A stretch of 37,887 nt of DNA, from positions 1 to 37,887 of the IMG/VR virus record IMGVR_UViG_3300049136_000011; one strand, given 5' to 3'. Both the position numbers and the translations under genes were made by a program. Below, piece after piece: positions 26,827 through 35,340 of this stretch; the first letter of the stretch is position 1; the number at the start of each line of letters is the position of its first letter. This stretch comes from a virus. Its lineage: Duplodnaviria; Caudoviricetes. Below the pieces are notes generated by a model, which was given only the letters and a program-made list of their open reading frames with translations, did not search any database and was not told where the DNA came from.

Positions 26827-27120
26827 TCATGCGCCCCGCCTCCTCTCAGTGGTGGTGGCTCCCGAGTCCCTGTCCATGCGGTACCCCTGATCCCTCAGCA
26901 CCGCATCTAGCACACGCTCGTGCGGGACGCCCAACTCTGCCGCCAGCCGCCGGAGATGGTCCGGGGCCGGGAAGTTCACGCCGTACTTCCAATCGCTGAC
27001 AGTGGCAGGGCTGACCTCAAGGCGGGCCGCGAGCTTGCGCTGTGACGGCGGATAGGGCATTGAGTCAAGCCACTCCTGCACTATCGCCCAGAGGTGTCCG
27101 GGCTTCCGCTCGTTGGTCAT
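26827..27120 (-). CDS. Immunity repressor, XRE HTH (possible leaderless start GTG 27168)
   Basis: SQRKLAARLEVSPATVSDWKYGVNFP HTH; divergent from cro. Confidence 0.88.
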   Translation of the reverse strand: MTNERKPGHLWAIVQEWLDSMPYPPSQRKLAARLEVSPATVSDWKYGVNFPAPDHLRRLAAELGVPHERVLDAVLRDQGYRMDRDSGATTTERRRGA

Positions 27121-27138
27121 AGGGGAATCGTCCTCACT

Positions 27139-27304
27139 GTGTCCGGTGTCCGCAAACGGTGTGGACACACGCCCAAGATAGCGACTGGACACCAAAAGAA
27201 CTTGAACTACCCCCGTGTAGTTCCCCTGACCTGCGCAGAAGCCCCCAAGATTGGGTTGACAATGTGGACACAAGCCGTCCATTCTGTACGGAGATGGTGG
27301 ACAC
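27139..27304. promoter_or_regulatory. Genetic switch: divergent promoters and repeated operators
   Basis: Rightward TTGACA 27256-27261, 18 nt, CATTCT 27280-27285; leftward TATCTT 27180-27175; TGGACAC at 27162, 27186, 27265 and 27298; GTGTCCG at 27139 and 27146. Confidence 0.8.
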
Positions 27305-27325
27305 CGTGACAGGAGATGACGTACA

Positions 27326-27634
27326 GTGATGACCACGACGAAAAGCCCCTTCGAACTTCCGGAGATGTGGATGGAACTGAAGGACCGAGAGCTGTTGCTC
27401 GAGCTCATCGAGGAGCAAGGCATCTCCCGCCGCGAACTGGCCCGCTTCGCTGGCTGGAAGTCGCACACCTACCTGCAGCGGCTGCTTCGTGGTGAGGTCA
27501 GCACCTTGTCCACCGACCCCGCTATCCGCATCGCCTACCGGCTCCAGGTGCCCGTGCACCGTCTTTTCAGGACTCGGGTGTCCACCAGTGCCGGACAAAG
27601 TGATCAGGATCAGGGAATCCGGGGTGCGGCATGA
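27326..27634 (+). CDS. Cro-like HTH regulator
   Basis: GISRRELARFAGWKSHTYLQRLLRGE HTH; first rightward early gene. Confidence 0.85.
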   Translation: MMTTTKSPFELPEMWMELKDRELLLELIEEQGISRRELARFAGWKSHTYLQRLLRGEVSTLSTDPAIRIAYRLQVPVHRLFRTRVSTSAGQSDQDQGIRGAA

Positions 27635-27744
27635 CCGCCGCGGAGTACGGCGCACACCTCGCCGACCTTGAGCCGCCGATCACCGACGAGCAGGCCGAAG
27701 CCGCAGCGCGCATCCTCGCCACGGTCGAGGCGGTGGCGGCATGA
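27631..27744 (+). CDS. Hypothetical 37-aa protein
   Basis: ATGA overlaps at both ends; MTAAEYG...PPITDEQAEAAARILA. Confidence 0.65.
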   Translation: MTAAEYGAHLADLEPPITDEQAEAAARILATVEAVAA

Positions 27745-28742
27745 CGGCGTTGGCACAGGTCCCCCAAGACATCGCCCACCTTCGTAACTCTGTCGCTGAG
27801 GCTCTGGCATTCGTTGCCCACCTCGGAACCGCTGAGGAAGCGCGCGAAGCCTACGACCGTGTGAAGCTCGCCAAAGAGTGGGCGAAGATCCGCAAGGTCG
27901 CCAAGGAGATGCACACCGAACTCCTGCGACTCGAGATCCACCTACTCCGCAAGGTCGCACAGCTTGACGCCTTGTCGGCAGTGCCGGCCGCCCACCGTGC
28001 TGCCGCCAAGTTCTTCGCATCCAAGAGTGATGAGCAGATCGACAAGCTGATTCGTGACTACGGCGACGGTGGCAGCCCGACCCGTCTGATGAAGCGTGTC
28101 TTAGGAGACGACGAGCAGGCGCGCGCTCGACACCACTACACCAGTGGCGAGTACGTGAAGCAGCAGCGTTACGTCGGCGACGAGGCCCGCGCTGAAGCCG
28201 TCCAAGAGCAGGCTCGCAACGTCAAGGAAGGGTTGGCCGCTCTCCTTGAGAACTACTACGAGGGCGACGAAGGCTTCTCGGTCTTCGAGCTGGCCGAGCA
28301 GGTTTGCGAGTCAGTGGGGATTGACCAGCGCAGCGCCGTATGGGGACGTTCGGAAGGGCTTCTAGAGGTCTGCCGCAAGGCTGTCCGCGACGCCCCTAGC
28401 CTCGCAGTCCTCGGTACCGAGGCCCCTCGCTTCGTCACCTGTATCGATCGGGGCTCGGCCTACGACCTGGACCTCGAGAAGTCGGGCAAGCCGCACTGGG
28501 TTCGCGTCCCCTTCCACGTCGCCTCTCTTGAACAGCTCGACGACATGGTGGCACTGCGACAGGAGCAGGCAAGCAAAGCCGCGGCAGTGGCCGAGTCGCT
28601 CGCCAACCTGCGCAACGAACTCGCCGCACGCCTCGCCAATGGGGAGCGGTCGCGCAGCATCCTCGGCCACGCTCCCGACGTGACGCTCGGTGAACTGGCC
28701 GCGCGTATCGCCTTCACGCCTCGCCTAGCCGACACCGCCTAA
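27741..28742 (+). CDS. Hypothetical helical protein, 333 aa
   Basis: Long ORF with GAGG SD and ATGA coupling; no motif recognised with confidence. Confidence 0.8.
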   Translation: MTALAQVPQDIAHLRNSVAEALAFVAHLGTAEEAREAYDRVKLAKEWAKIRKVAKEMHTELLRLEIHLLRKVAQLDALSAVPAAHRAAAKFFASKSDEQIDKLIRDYGDGGSPTRLMKRVLGDDEQARARHHYTSGEYVKQQRYVGDEARAEAVQEQARNVKEGLAALLENYYEGDEGFSVFELAEQVCESVGIDQRSAVWGRSEGLLEVCRKAVRDAPSLAVLGTEAPRFVTCIDRGSAYDLDLEKSGKPHWVRVPFHVASLEQLDDMVALRQEQASKAAAVAESLANLRNELAARLANGERSRSILGHAPDVTLGELAARIAFTPRLADTA

Positions 28743-28899
28743 AAGCCCCCTCGCCGCCGCGTGCCCTCCATCACCGCGCAGCGAGGAACGGCGGGCCGGG
28801 GACGATCCGGCCCGCCACTCATACATCACAACAGCAGAACGCCGGCCCCACCTACCACAGCAGAGACCGGCGTTCAACGTATCGAAAGGAAGTCTAGCA

Positions 28900-29163
28900 A
28901 TGAACCGATGGTCCCAAACCCTCGACTTGTCGGACGTGTTCCACGCCGACATGCCGTTCGAGGAAAAGCGCGACGAGATGGTGCGGCGCATCCGTGCCCT
29001 TGACCCGAACGAGCAGGACGGCGAGTTGCAGAGCATCGCCGACGACCTTGCCGAAACGACCGATGGTGACGAGTGGGACCAGCCTTGGGACTCGTTCTAT
29101 GACTGGGCCGATCACAACCGCGTGTGGATCAGCACGTTCGGCCGCAAGGCGGTGGCCCGATGA
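28900..29163 (+). CDS. Hypothetical protein
   Basis: GAAAGGA SD; acidic, FYDWADHNRVWI. Confidence 0.8.
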   Translation: MNRWSQTLDLSDVFHADMPFEEKRDEMVRRIRALDPNEQDGELQSIADDLAETTDGDEWDQPWDSFYDWADHNRVWISTFGRKAVAR

Positions 29164-29288
29164 TCTACACCGGTTCCGCACCACTCAACACCCCTCCCCC
29201 GCCGCGCTTCTCCTGGGATGCGCCTGACTTCGGCGGACACATCTTTGAGGCCGCCTACATCGACGCAGAGCCGGGTGACGAGTCATGA
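29160..29288 (+). CDS. Hypothetical 42-aa protein
   Basis: ATGA overlaps at both ends. Confidence 0.55.
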   Translation: MIYTGSAPLNTPPPPRFSWDAPDFGGHIFEAAYIDAEPGDES

Positions 29289-29452
29289 GCGACTTCCGCC
29301 CCGCCCTGTTCGCAGACATCACCGATGCCGTGCGCCACACCCTGCGTCGCCAGCGCATCACCGCTGTCCGTGCCGCCGCCTACACCCGGATCGGCGCGCA
29401 TGGTGACGCTGACTTCGCCGCCTGGGCCGTGGAGCTGGGGTGGTCGGAGTGA
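29285..29452 (+). CDS. Hypothetical 55-aa protein
   Basis: ATGA/GTGA coupling; MSDFRPALFADITD... Confidence 0.6.
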   Translation: MSDFRPALFADITDAVRHTLRRQRITAVRAAAYTRIGAHGDADFAAWAVELGWSE

Positions 29453-29619
29453 GCGCCCACCTCGAGCCCATCGACCCCAGCTCGCGCATCCTCGATGACC
29501 TCGGTCGCGAGTGGGCGATGACATCTAAGGGCGTCTGGGCCGCACTCGGCACCTCCGTAACCGTCGACTCGTTCGCCGAGCTGGCCGCGAAGTACGGCGT
29601 GCGGGAGGTGCTCGGATGA
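29449..29619 (+). CDS. Hypothetical 56-aa protein
   Basis: GTGA/ATGA coupling; ...ILDDLGREW...ELAAKYG. Confidence 0.6.
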   Translation: MSAHLEPIDPSSRILDDLGREWAMTSKGVWAALGTSVTVDSFAELAAKYGVREVLG

Positions 29620-29927
29620 TGGCTACCCCTCCCGTCAAGGTCACGCTCGACCTGACCATCTTCGACATCCCGCAACTGATCGAGCGACTGCGCGACTCCG
29701 ACCACATGGGCGTGCTTGACGTGGCGAAGCAGATCGAGGCACAGACCAAGCCCCCCAAGCCCGCCGAGCCGACCGGCCTGGGCGCCGTGGTCGAGGACGC
29801 CGCGGGTCAGCAGTGGGTGCGCATCACAAACCCCAACCAGACGCCCTGGATGCGCGGTGGGTCATTCCCCCGACAGTGGCGCCACATCGACGCAGTGAAG
29901 GTCCTCAGCGAAGGCGTGCAGCCATGA
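29616..29927 (+). CDS. Hypothetical protein
   Basis: GGAGG SD; EPTGLGAVVED...WVR. Confidence 0.75.
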   Translation: MMATPPVKVTLDLTIFDIPQLIERLRDSDHMGVLDVAKQIEAQTKPPKPAEPTGLGAVVEDAAGQQWVRITNPNQTPWMRGGSFPRQWRHIDAVKVLSEGVQP

Positions 29928-30097
29928 CCACCGACACACAGAACCTCCTCGCCGACCTGACCTCGATCCCGTGGCAGGTCTACGCAACCCTCGCCGTGAT
30001 CGTCGTCGGCGGCTACTACCTCACCGAGTTCTGCACCGTCCGCATCGAGCCACTGCCGGAGTACGCGCCGGAGTGGGATGCGGAGGTGGAGCGATGA
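29924..30097 (+). CDS. Small single-TM protein
   Basis: ATGA overlap; WQVYATLAVIVVGGYYL. Confidence 0.65.
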   Translation: MTTDTQNLLADLTSIPWQVYATLAVIVVGGYYLTEFCTVRIEPLPEYAPEWDAEVER

Positions 30098-30735
30098 GTG
30101 CGCCCATTCTGCTCGACCTGTTCTGCTGCCAAGGTGGCGCCTCGGCGGGCTACGTGGCGGCCGGCTTCCGTGTAGTGGGCGTGGACCTCGAGCCCCAGCC
30201 CCGCTACCCATTCGAGTTCATCCAGGGCGACGCACTCGACTTCCTCCGCAACTACGGCGGCGAGTTCGACGCCTTCCATGGCTCACCACCGTGCCAGGCA
30301 TTCACGCTCTGCCAGCGCATCCAAGGCAACGAGCACCCCGACCTCATCACGCCGACGCGCGACCTGTTTGAGACGTTCGGCAAGCCCTACGTGATCGAGA
30401 ACGTGCCTGGTGCGCCGCTGTTCGATCCAGTGGAGCTGTGCGGCGCAATGTTCGGGCTCCGCACCTACCGCCACCGCCTGTTCGAGTCGAGCGTGTTTCT
30501 CAACGCGCCGCCGCACCCGGAGCACACGGCACGCACAACGAAGATGGGGCGTCCTGTCCGCGATGGCGAGTTCATGCATGTGGTCGGCAACTTCGCAGGC
30601 GTCGAGCTGGCGCGCGAGGTCATGGGGATGCCGTGGGCTAGCCGTGACGGACTACGCGAGGCGATCCCACCCGCCTACACGAAACACATCGGCGCCCAGC
30701 TCCTCGCCCACATTGCACAGGAGCGTGCGGCATGA
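30094..30735 (+). CDS. Short C5-cytosine DNA methyltransferase
   Basis: Motifs I LDLFCCQGG, IV SPPCQ, VI IENV, VIII RHRLF, X EAIPP. Confidence 0.88.
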   Translation: MSAPILLDLFCCQGGASAGYVAAGFRVVGVDLEPQPRYPFEFIQGDALDFLRNYGGEFDAFHGSPPCQAFTLCQRIQGNEHPDLITPTRDLFETFGKPYVIENVPGAPLFDPVELCGAMFGLRTYRHRLFESSVFLNAPPHPEHTARTTKMGRPVRDGEFMHVVGNFAGVELAREVMGMPWASRDGLREAIPPAYTKHIGAQLLAHIAQERAA

Positions 30736-31055
30736 CCGAACTGACGCCCGAGCAGCGAGAACTGTGGCGGAAGGAAGCGGGACTCGGCGTGTGCTCCGAT
30801 CCGCGCCACGAGTTCGGGCGGGATTACCGCATCCTCGACCTGCTCGACGCACTTGTTGTCGCTGAGCAGATGCTCGACGACGAGCGGGAGCGGATCGCGC
30901 AGGAGATCGATCGCAGGCGCGCCGAGGCCCGAACCGCTTTTCGGCAGCACAACGCAGGGCGTGACCTGAGCGCCAAGCCGCCGAGGCGCCCGGATCTGGA
31001 CTCGTGGGCCAACGCGTTCGAGGTCGCCGCCCGTGTCGCAAGGGGGTTGGCGTGA
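30732..31055 (+). CDS. Hypothetical protein
   Basis: AGGAG SD, ATGA overlap. Confidence 0.7.
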   Translation: MTELTPEQRELWRKEAGLGVCSDPRHEFGRDYRILDLLDALVVAEQMLDDERERIAQEIDRRRAEARTAFRQHNAGRDLSAKPPRRPDLDSWANAFEVAARVARGLA

Positions 31056-31192
31056 CCACCGACTACACAAACCCAGCCGGCGATCCCTGGTGGCTCGAGG
31101 TCGACACCGCGCCCCGCTGCGATTCGTGTGGCACGCGGCTCGACAAGGCAGACCGTCCGTGCCCCTTTTCTCCACACGAGGACGCGGCATGA
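31052..31192 (+). CDS. Small Zn-ribbon-like protein
   Basis: GTGA overlap; CDSCG...CPF. Confidence 0.55.
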   Translation: MTTDYTNPAGDPWWLEVDTAPRCDSCGTRLDKADRPCPFSPHEDAA

Positions 31193-31284
31193 GCGCCGAC
31201 TGCCAGCCGCCCTGTCGCTGCGTCGAGCCTGCCGCCATTGGTGACGAGCCGTGTGACCGCTGTGGAGGTGTCAGCGATGCGTGA
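31189..31284 (+). CDS. 31-aa Cys-rich peptide
   Basis: GAGGA SD, ATGA overlap; CQPPCRC...CDRCGG. Confidence 0.5.
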   Translation: MSADCQPPCRCVEPAAIGDEPCDRCGGVSDA

Positions 31285-31396
31285 CGCACTCGCTCGCCTC
31301 ATTGTCCTGCTCGCAGCCCCGGTCGGCTGGCTCATCGACCGCGAACTCGCCCACGCCGACTGGTCTCTCGACCTTGACCCAGAGGACACGCCATGA
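31277..31396 (+). CDS. Hypothetical 39-aa protein
   Basis: GGAGGT SD; MRDALARLIVLLAAPVGWLIDREL. Confidence 0.6.
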   Translation: MRDALARLIVLLAAPVGWLIDRELAHADWSLDLDPEDTP

Positions 31397-31545
31397 AACT
31401 CACTGAAGCACAACGCGCCGAGATTCGGCAGGCCGTCATGGACATGGCGCTCGCCGACTGGGGCGAGAAAGCCGTTGAACAGCACGCAGCCCGGACCGTC
31501 TGGTGGCTCGAGCAGCCCGACGAGATCAAGGGCGGTGCCGCATGA
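31393..31545 (+). CDS. Hypothetical 50-aa protein
   Basis: GAGGA SD, ATGA overlaps. Confidence 0.6.
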   Translation: MKLTEAQRAEIRQAVMDMALADWGEKAVEQHAARTVWWLEQPDEIKGGAA

Positions 31546-31841
31546 TGCCTCGCAGCCTCGCAGCCTTCACCGCCGACGCGCTCACCTTCCTCGGCACCCT
31601 GACCATCGCGGCAGTCCTGAGTGACTACAGAGCCGAAGCTCTTGACACCCGCCGCCACGCGATCGACGTCGAAGCCGAGAACGAGGCCCTGCGCTACGAG
31701 GTGTGGCGCCTCAATCGGATCGCCAGCCAACTCGCCGACGCCAACGCCGAACACGCGCTCGTGGTCAGTGCCGCTGAGGAGATCATCCGGCGCATCGAGG
31801 CCGAGGAGGCGCAGAGGATGCGCGAGGAGGGGACGGCATGA
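31542..31841 (+). CDS. Hydrophobic N-terminus plus coiled-coil protein
   Basis: ATGA overlap; heptad pattern. Confidence 0.65.
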   Translation: MMPRSLAAFTADALTFLGTLTIAAVLSDYRAEALDTRRHAIDVEAENEALRYEVWRLNRIASQLADANAEHALVVSAAEEIIRRIEAEEAQRMREEGTA

Positions 31842-32062
31842 GTACGTGGGATGACGCCGCCGACTTTGTAGCTGAGCAGAGCCGTGACTACTACGGCACC
31901 GACCTGTTCCCGCTGCTCCCACCTGAGTTCGACTGGGCGCTGCTTGATCGCTGGTTGTCCGACACCTTCGGATTCCGTATCGACCGACTAAGTGCGGAGT
32001 ACTACCGCCGCACGCACGCGCTGATCGAGCGTCGACTTCGGGAGCGAGGCGATGACGCATGA
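31838..32062 (+). CDS. Hypothetical protein
   Basis: GGAGG SD, ATGA overlaps. Confidence 0.7.
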   Translation: MSTWDDAADFVAEQSRDYYGTDLFPLLPPEFDWALLDRWLSDTFGFRIDRLSAEYYRRTHALIERRLRERGDDA

Positions 32063-32406
32063 GCACGCCCATCTTCAACGCCCTACTCGCCGCCGAGCAG
32101 GGTCGCGACGCAGGCATGAGGCAAGCCGAGGAGCACGCCGACTCGCGCGTGATTCTCGCAATCGACGCGGCGATCGAGCGGGCTATCAACTCCGGCCGGC
32201 CCTTCACAGTCAATGACATCCGCGCCGAGTTCCCGACGATCAGCAGCTGCGGACTCGTCGGCTCGCGCTTCCGTTCCGCAGCACTCCGCAAGCCCGCGCG
32301 CATGGTCCAGACGGGACGTTGGGTCAAGTCCGACCTGCCGTCCACACGGGCCGCGCGAGTAGCTGAATGGCGCGGTGTGGCTGAGGGTCAGCAGGTGGCG
32401 TCGTGA
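32059..32406 (+). CDS. Hypothetical protein, possibly winged-helix
   Basis: GRPFTVNDIR...G..F...A...TGRWVKS...W pattern. Confidence 0.7.
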   Translation: MSTPIFNALLAAEQGRDAGMRQAEEHADSRVILAIDAAIERAINSGRPFTVNDIRAEFPTISSCGLVGSRFRSAALRKPARMVQTGRWVKSDLPSTRAARVAEWRGVAEGQQVAS

Positions 32407-32888
32407 GTCGCCCCTTCTGTGACGACTGCCCCGACCGTGAGGGCTGCTCTCAAGGGATTCCCTGTGGCTTGGCTCGTCGTGTGCATGACGTGGACCCGCC
32501 GACCATCACTCTCGACGACATCGTGCAGACCCGCCTCGTCAGCGGCAACCGACGCATTCACCACATGGTGCGCGCCAATGTCTGCGCCTACTGGCGGAAG
32601 CTCGCACACGACGCAGCCTGCGACGCCTACGGGTACGCCGACGTCGGTGAGACCTGGCACCAGCGCGCGCGGATCGTCGTCACAGTTCGCTTCCCCGACA
32701 AGCGCCGACGCGACGTCACGAACCTCTATCCCTACGTGGCTAAGCCGATCGTCGACGGCTTGATCGACGCCCGAGTGCTGCCTGACGACGACGACTCACA
32801 CGTCATCGGCCCCGACATGAGGCGCGACCCCGACCAAGGGCCGCACCGCATCACGGTCGAGATCGAGGACTTGGAGTCGTGGGCGTGA
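32403..32888 (+). CDS. rusA: RusA-like Holliday junction resolvase
   Basis: RRRDVTNL...KPIVDGLIDARVLPDDD catalytic pattern. Confidence 0.85.
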   Translation: MSRPFCDDCPDREGCSQGIPCGLARRVHDVDPPTITLDDIVQTRLVSGNRRIHHMVRANVCAYWRKLAHDAACDAYGYADVGETWHQRARIVVTVRFPDKRRRDVTNLYPYVAKPIVDGLIDARVLPDDDDSHVIGPDMRRDPDQGPHRITVEIEDLESWA

Positions 32889-33061
32889 ACACCGACAGCT
32901 ACTACCAACCCGACGAGCCGATCCGCGAGCACGAAACCTCCGCGCCGTGCGACCCGTGCGAAACCGACACCACCCACCTCGACCTCCTGTGGTCCTTCGG
33001 CGCCGCTACCCGCGAGTGCCTGGAGTGCGGCGAGATCACCGAACTGGAGGACGACGCATGA
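32879..33061 (+). CDS. Small Zn-ribbon protein
   Basis: CDPC...CLECG. Confidence 0.6.
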   Translation: MGVNTDSYYQPDEPIREHETSAPCDPCETDTTHLDLLWSFGAATRECLECGEITELEDDA

Positions 33062-33870
33062 GAGCCCCCGGCTTCTATGACGACATCCCAGAGCGGGAGT
33101 ACCACGCCGACCGCGACAGCCTGTCCGTCTCGGGCGCGAAGGTGCTGCTCAAGGCACCCGCGCTGTTCAAGTGGCAGCAGGATCACCCTGTCCACAAAGA
33201 CGTGTTCGACGTGGGGTCAGCGGCTCACGCGCTCGTGCTTGGGGTCGGCGCACCGATTGAGGTCATCGACGCCCCCACCTGGCAGACCAAGGTCGCCAAA
33301 GAGGCGCGCGAGGCCGCGCGAGCTGAGGGCAAGACGCCGCTCCTGACCGCTGACTACCAGCGCGTGCAGGCAATGGCCGACGCCCTCTCGTCACACACCC
33401 TCGCCATGCGGCTGCTCAGTGAAGGTCGGCCCGAGGTCAGCGCCTACGCAGAGGACGAGGTGACCGGCGTCATGCGCCGCTGCCGCTTCGACTTCCTCGG
33501 ACCCGCGCTCGTCACGGACTACAAGACGGCAGCCAGCGTCGACCCGCGCGACCTCGCCGGCAAGTACGGCGCCGTCAAGAAGTGGGGCTACGACTCCCAG
33601 GCCGCTTGGTACACCGACCTCGCTCGCGACCTGGGGCACCCCGCCCTCGCGTTCTCCTTCGTGTTCCAGATGAAAGAGCCCCCCTACCTCGTCACCGTCG
33701 CCACGTTGCGCGACGACGACCTGTGGGAAGCGCGCGACCGCAACCGCCACGCGCTCGAGATCTTCCGCGACTGCCGCGAGTCGGGCATCTGGCCCGGCTA
33801 TCTGCCTGACGACACCGCGGCCGTCATCAGCCTTTCTGACCAGACCTATTCCGAGGAGCTTGTTGCATGA
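33058..33870 (+). CDS. RecE/Exo VIII-like PD-(D/E)XK exonuclease (DUF3799-like)
   Basis: YHAD...LSVSGAK, GSAAH, PEVS, RCRFD, DYKT, YDSQAAWY and WPGY motifs. Confidence 0.9.
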   Translation: MRAPGFYDDIPEREYHADRDSLSVSGAKVLLKAPALFKWQQDHPVHKDVFDVGSAAHALVLGVGAPIEVIDAPTWQTKVAKEAREAARAEGKTPLLTADYQRVQAMADALSSHTLAMRLLSEGRPEVSAYAEDEVTGVMRRCRFDFLGPALVTDYKTAASVDPRDLAGKYGAVKKWGYDSQAAWYTDLARDLGHPALAFSFVFQMKEPPYLVTVATLRDDDLWEARDRNRHALEIFRDCRESGIWPGYLPDDTAAVISLSDQTYSEELVA

Positions 33871-34520
33871 CCGAGATCGAACTTCACCAGAACCCCGGCA
33901 CCGACCTGAGTGCACAGATGTCCTACGCCCGCGCCGTGCAGACCGCCGCCATGCTCCCCGAGGCGTACCGCGGCAAGCCCGCCGACATCCTGCTCGCCGT
34001 AGGCCTCGGTCAGTCGATGGGCCTCTCGCCGGCCGAGTCGCTGTACCGGATCTCGGTCATCAAGGGCAAGCCGACCGCGAGCGCCGAGCTGATCGCCGCA
34101 CAGGTCCGCAAGGCGGGGCACAAGCTCCGCGTCGTCACCGAGGGGACGTCGGTCAAGGCGACCATCGTCCGCGCCGACGACCCTGACTTCGAGCACACCG
34201 TCATCCGCGACATGGCATGGGCGCAGCGGATGGGCCTCGACAAGAACGACAACTACCGCAAGCAGCCCGAGACGATGCTGCAGTGGCGAGCCATATCCGC
34301 GGTCGCGCGGCTCGCCTGTCCCGAGGCCCTGTACGGCGTTCAGTACACGCCCGACGAGATGAGCGACTTCGGCGACGCACCCCAGCAGGCGACGGGCCTC
34401 GGTGCCGCTCTGGCCGCACAGAACGGCCCCCAGGAGGTCCGCGTCGAGCAGGTTCCGAACGCCGACCCCGAGACGGGCGAGATCGTCGCCGACGAGCCGC
34501 TGATCGGTGACCCAGCATGA
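33867..34520 (+). CDS. recT: RecT-like ssDNA annealing protein
   Basis: LPEAYRGKPADI...GLSP...ISVIKGKP...YRKQPETML..RA....AR..CPEALYG...YTPDE. Confidence 0.85.
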   Translation: MTEIELHQNPGTDLSAQMSYARAVQTAAMLPEAYRGKPADILLAVGLGQSMGLSPAESLYRISVIKGKPTASAELIAAQVRKAGHKLRVVTEGTSVKATIVRADDPDFEHTVIRDMAWAQRMGLDKNDNYRKQPETMLQWRAISAVARLACPEALYGVQYTPDEMSDFGDAPQQATGLGAALAAQNGPQEVRVEQVPNADPETGEIVADEPLIGDPA

Positions 34521-34660
34521 CCACCGCAGAGAACGACCTTGCCGAGCACTACCGCGCCGCACGCTTCGACCGCCGCGAGCTGCGTCGCGTGGGTGGCGTC
34601 TACTACGACGTTGACGATCTCCCCGACCGCGCCGACGTTGAGGACGAGCGTCATGTTTAG
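34517..34660 (+). CDS. Hypothetical 47-aa protein
   Basis: ATGA overlap; MTTAENDLAEHYRAAR... Confidence 0.55.
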   Translation: MTTAENDLAEHYRAARFDRRELRRVGGVYYDVDDLPDRADVEDERHV

Positions 34661-34811
34661 GCCCGAGCTCGACGACGGGTGCAAGACGTGTCGCACCTGC
34701 GCTGCGTGCCGCGAAACCCCGCCTATCCATCACTGCTGCTACTCCGTCCAGTGCGTGGAGACCGGCACCTACCACGCCTGCGCGTGCGACCACATGGGCG
34801 GTGCCGCGTGA
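34653..34811 (+). CDS. 52-aa Cys/His-rich protein
   Basis: GAGGA SD; CKTCRTCAAC...HHCC...C...HACACDH. Confidence 0.55.
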   Translation: MFRPELDDGCKTCRTCAACRETPPIHHCCYSVQCVETGTYHACACDHMGGAA

Positions 34812-35215
34812 GTGCCCCGAAGCGGATCCAGCGCAAGAGGACTCGCGGCTGGCGGATGCCTGAGGGTGCGGTCTATGTCGGGCGGCCGACGATCTTTGGC
34901 AATCCTTTCGAGGCATTCAAGACCGAGTGCTGCGGCTTCTGGGACGTTCGTGACGATAACGGCGTCACCTATCTCGTAGACCACGACGTGACACACCGCG
35001 ATGGGTGCGCGCCTCACTGGGCCAAGTCCTACGCCACCCGTGAGGCGGTGCGCCTGTACGCCGACGAGTTGACCTATTGGTTCGGCGGGCGGATGAAGCA
35101 CGACGTCCCGTTCCGTGAGGCCGTTGAATCCCTGCGCGGCAAGGACTTGGCCTGCTGGTGCCCGCTCGACCAGCCCTGCCACGCCGACGTGCTGTTGGAG
35201 GTGGCGAACCAGTGA
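34808..35215 (+). CDS. DUF4326-family protein
   Basis: PKRIQRKRTRGWRMPEGAVYVGRPTIFGNPF...LRGKDLACWCP...CHADVL. Confidence 0.88.
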   Translation: MSAPKRIQRKRTRGWRMPEGAVYVGRPTIFGNPFEAFKTECCGFWDVRDDNGVTYLVDHDVTHRDGCAPHWAKSYATREAVRLYADELTYWFGGRMKHDVPFREAVESLRGKDLACWCPLDQPCHADVLLEVANQ

Positions 35216-35340
35216 ACCACTTCCTGCGCAACCCGATCGGCGAGCTGATCTGCGCCGCCTGGATAGCCCTAGCCGAAGGCGCCGCATGGGTTAACACGCG
35301 GCTCGCTGACCGGCTCAACGACGACGAGGAGACACAGTGA
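35212..35340 (+). CDS. Hypothetical 42-aa protein
   Basis: GGAGG SD, GTGA overlaps. Confidence 0.6.
   Translation: MNHFLRNPIGELICAAWIALAEGAAWVNTRLADRLNDDEETQ

Noticed and set aside
27169-27468. Long N-terminal extension of the repressor ORF in the track
   Set aside because: Runs through the operator region and antisense to cro; the HTH protein plausibly starts at 27120 or 27168
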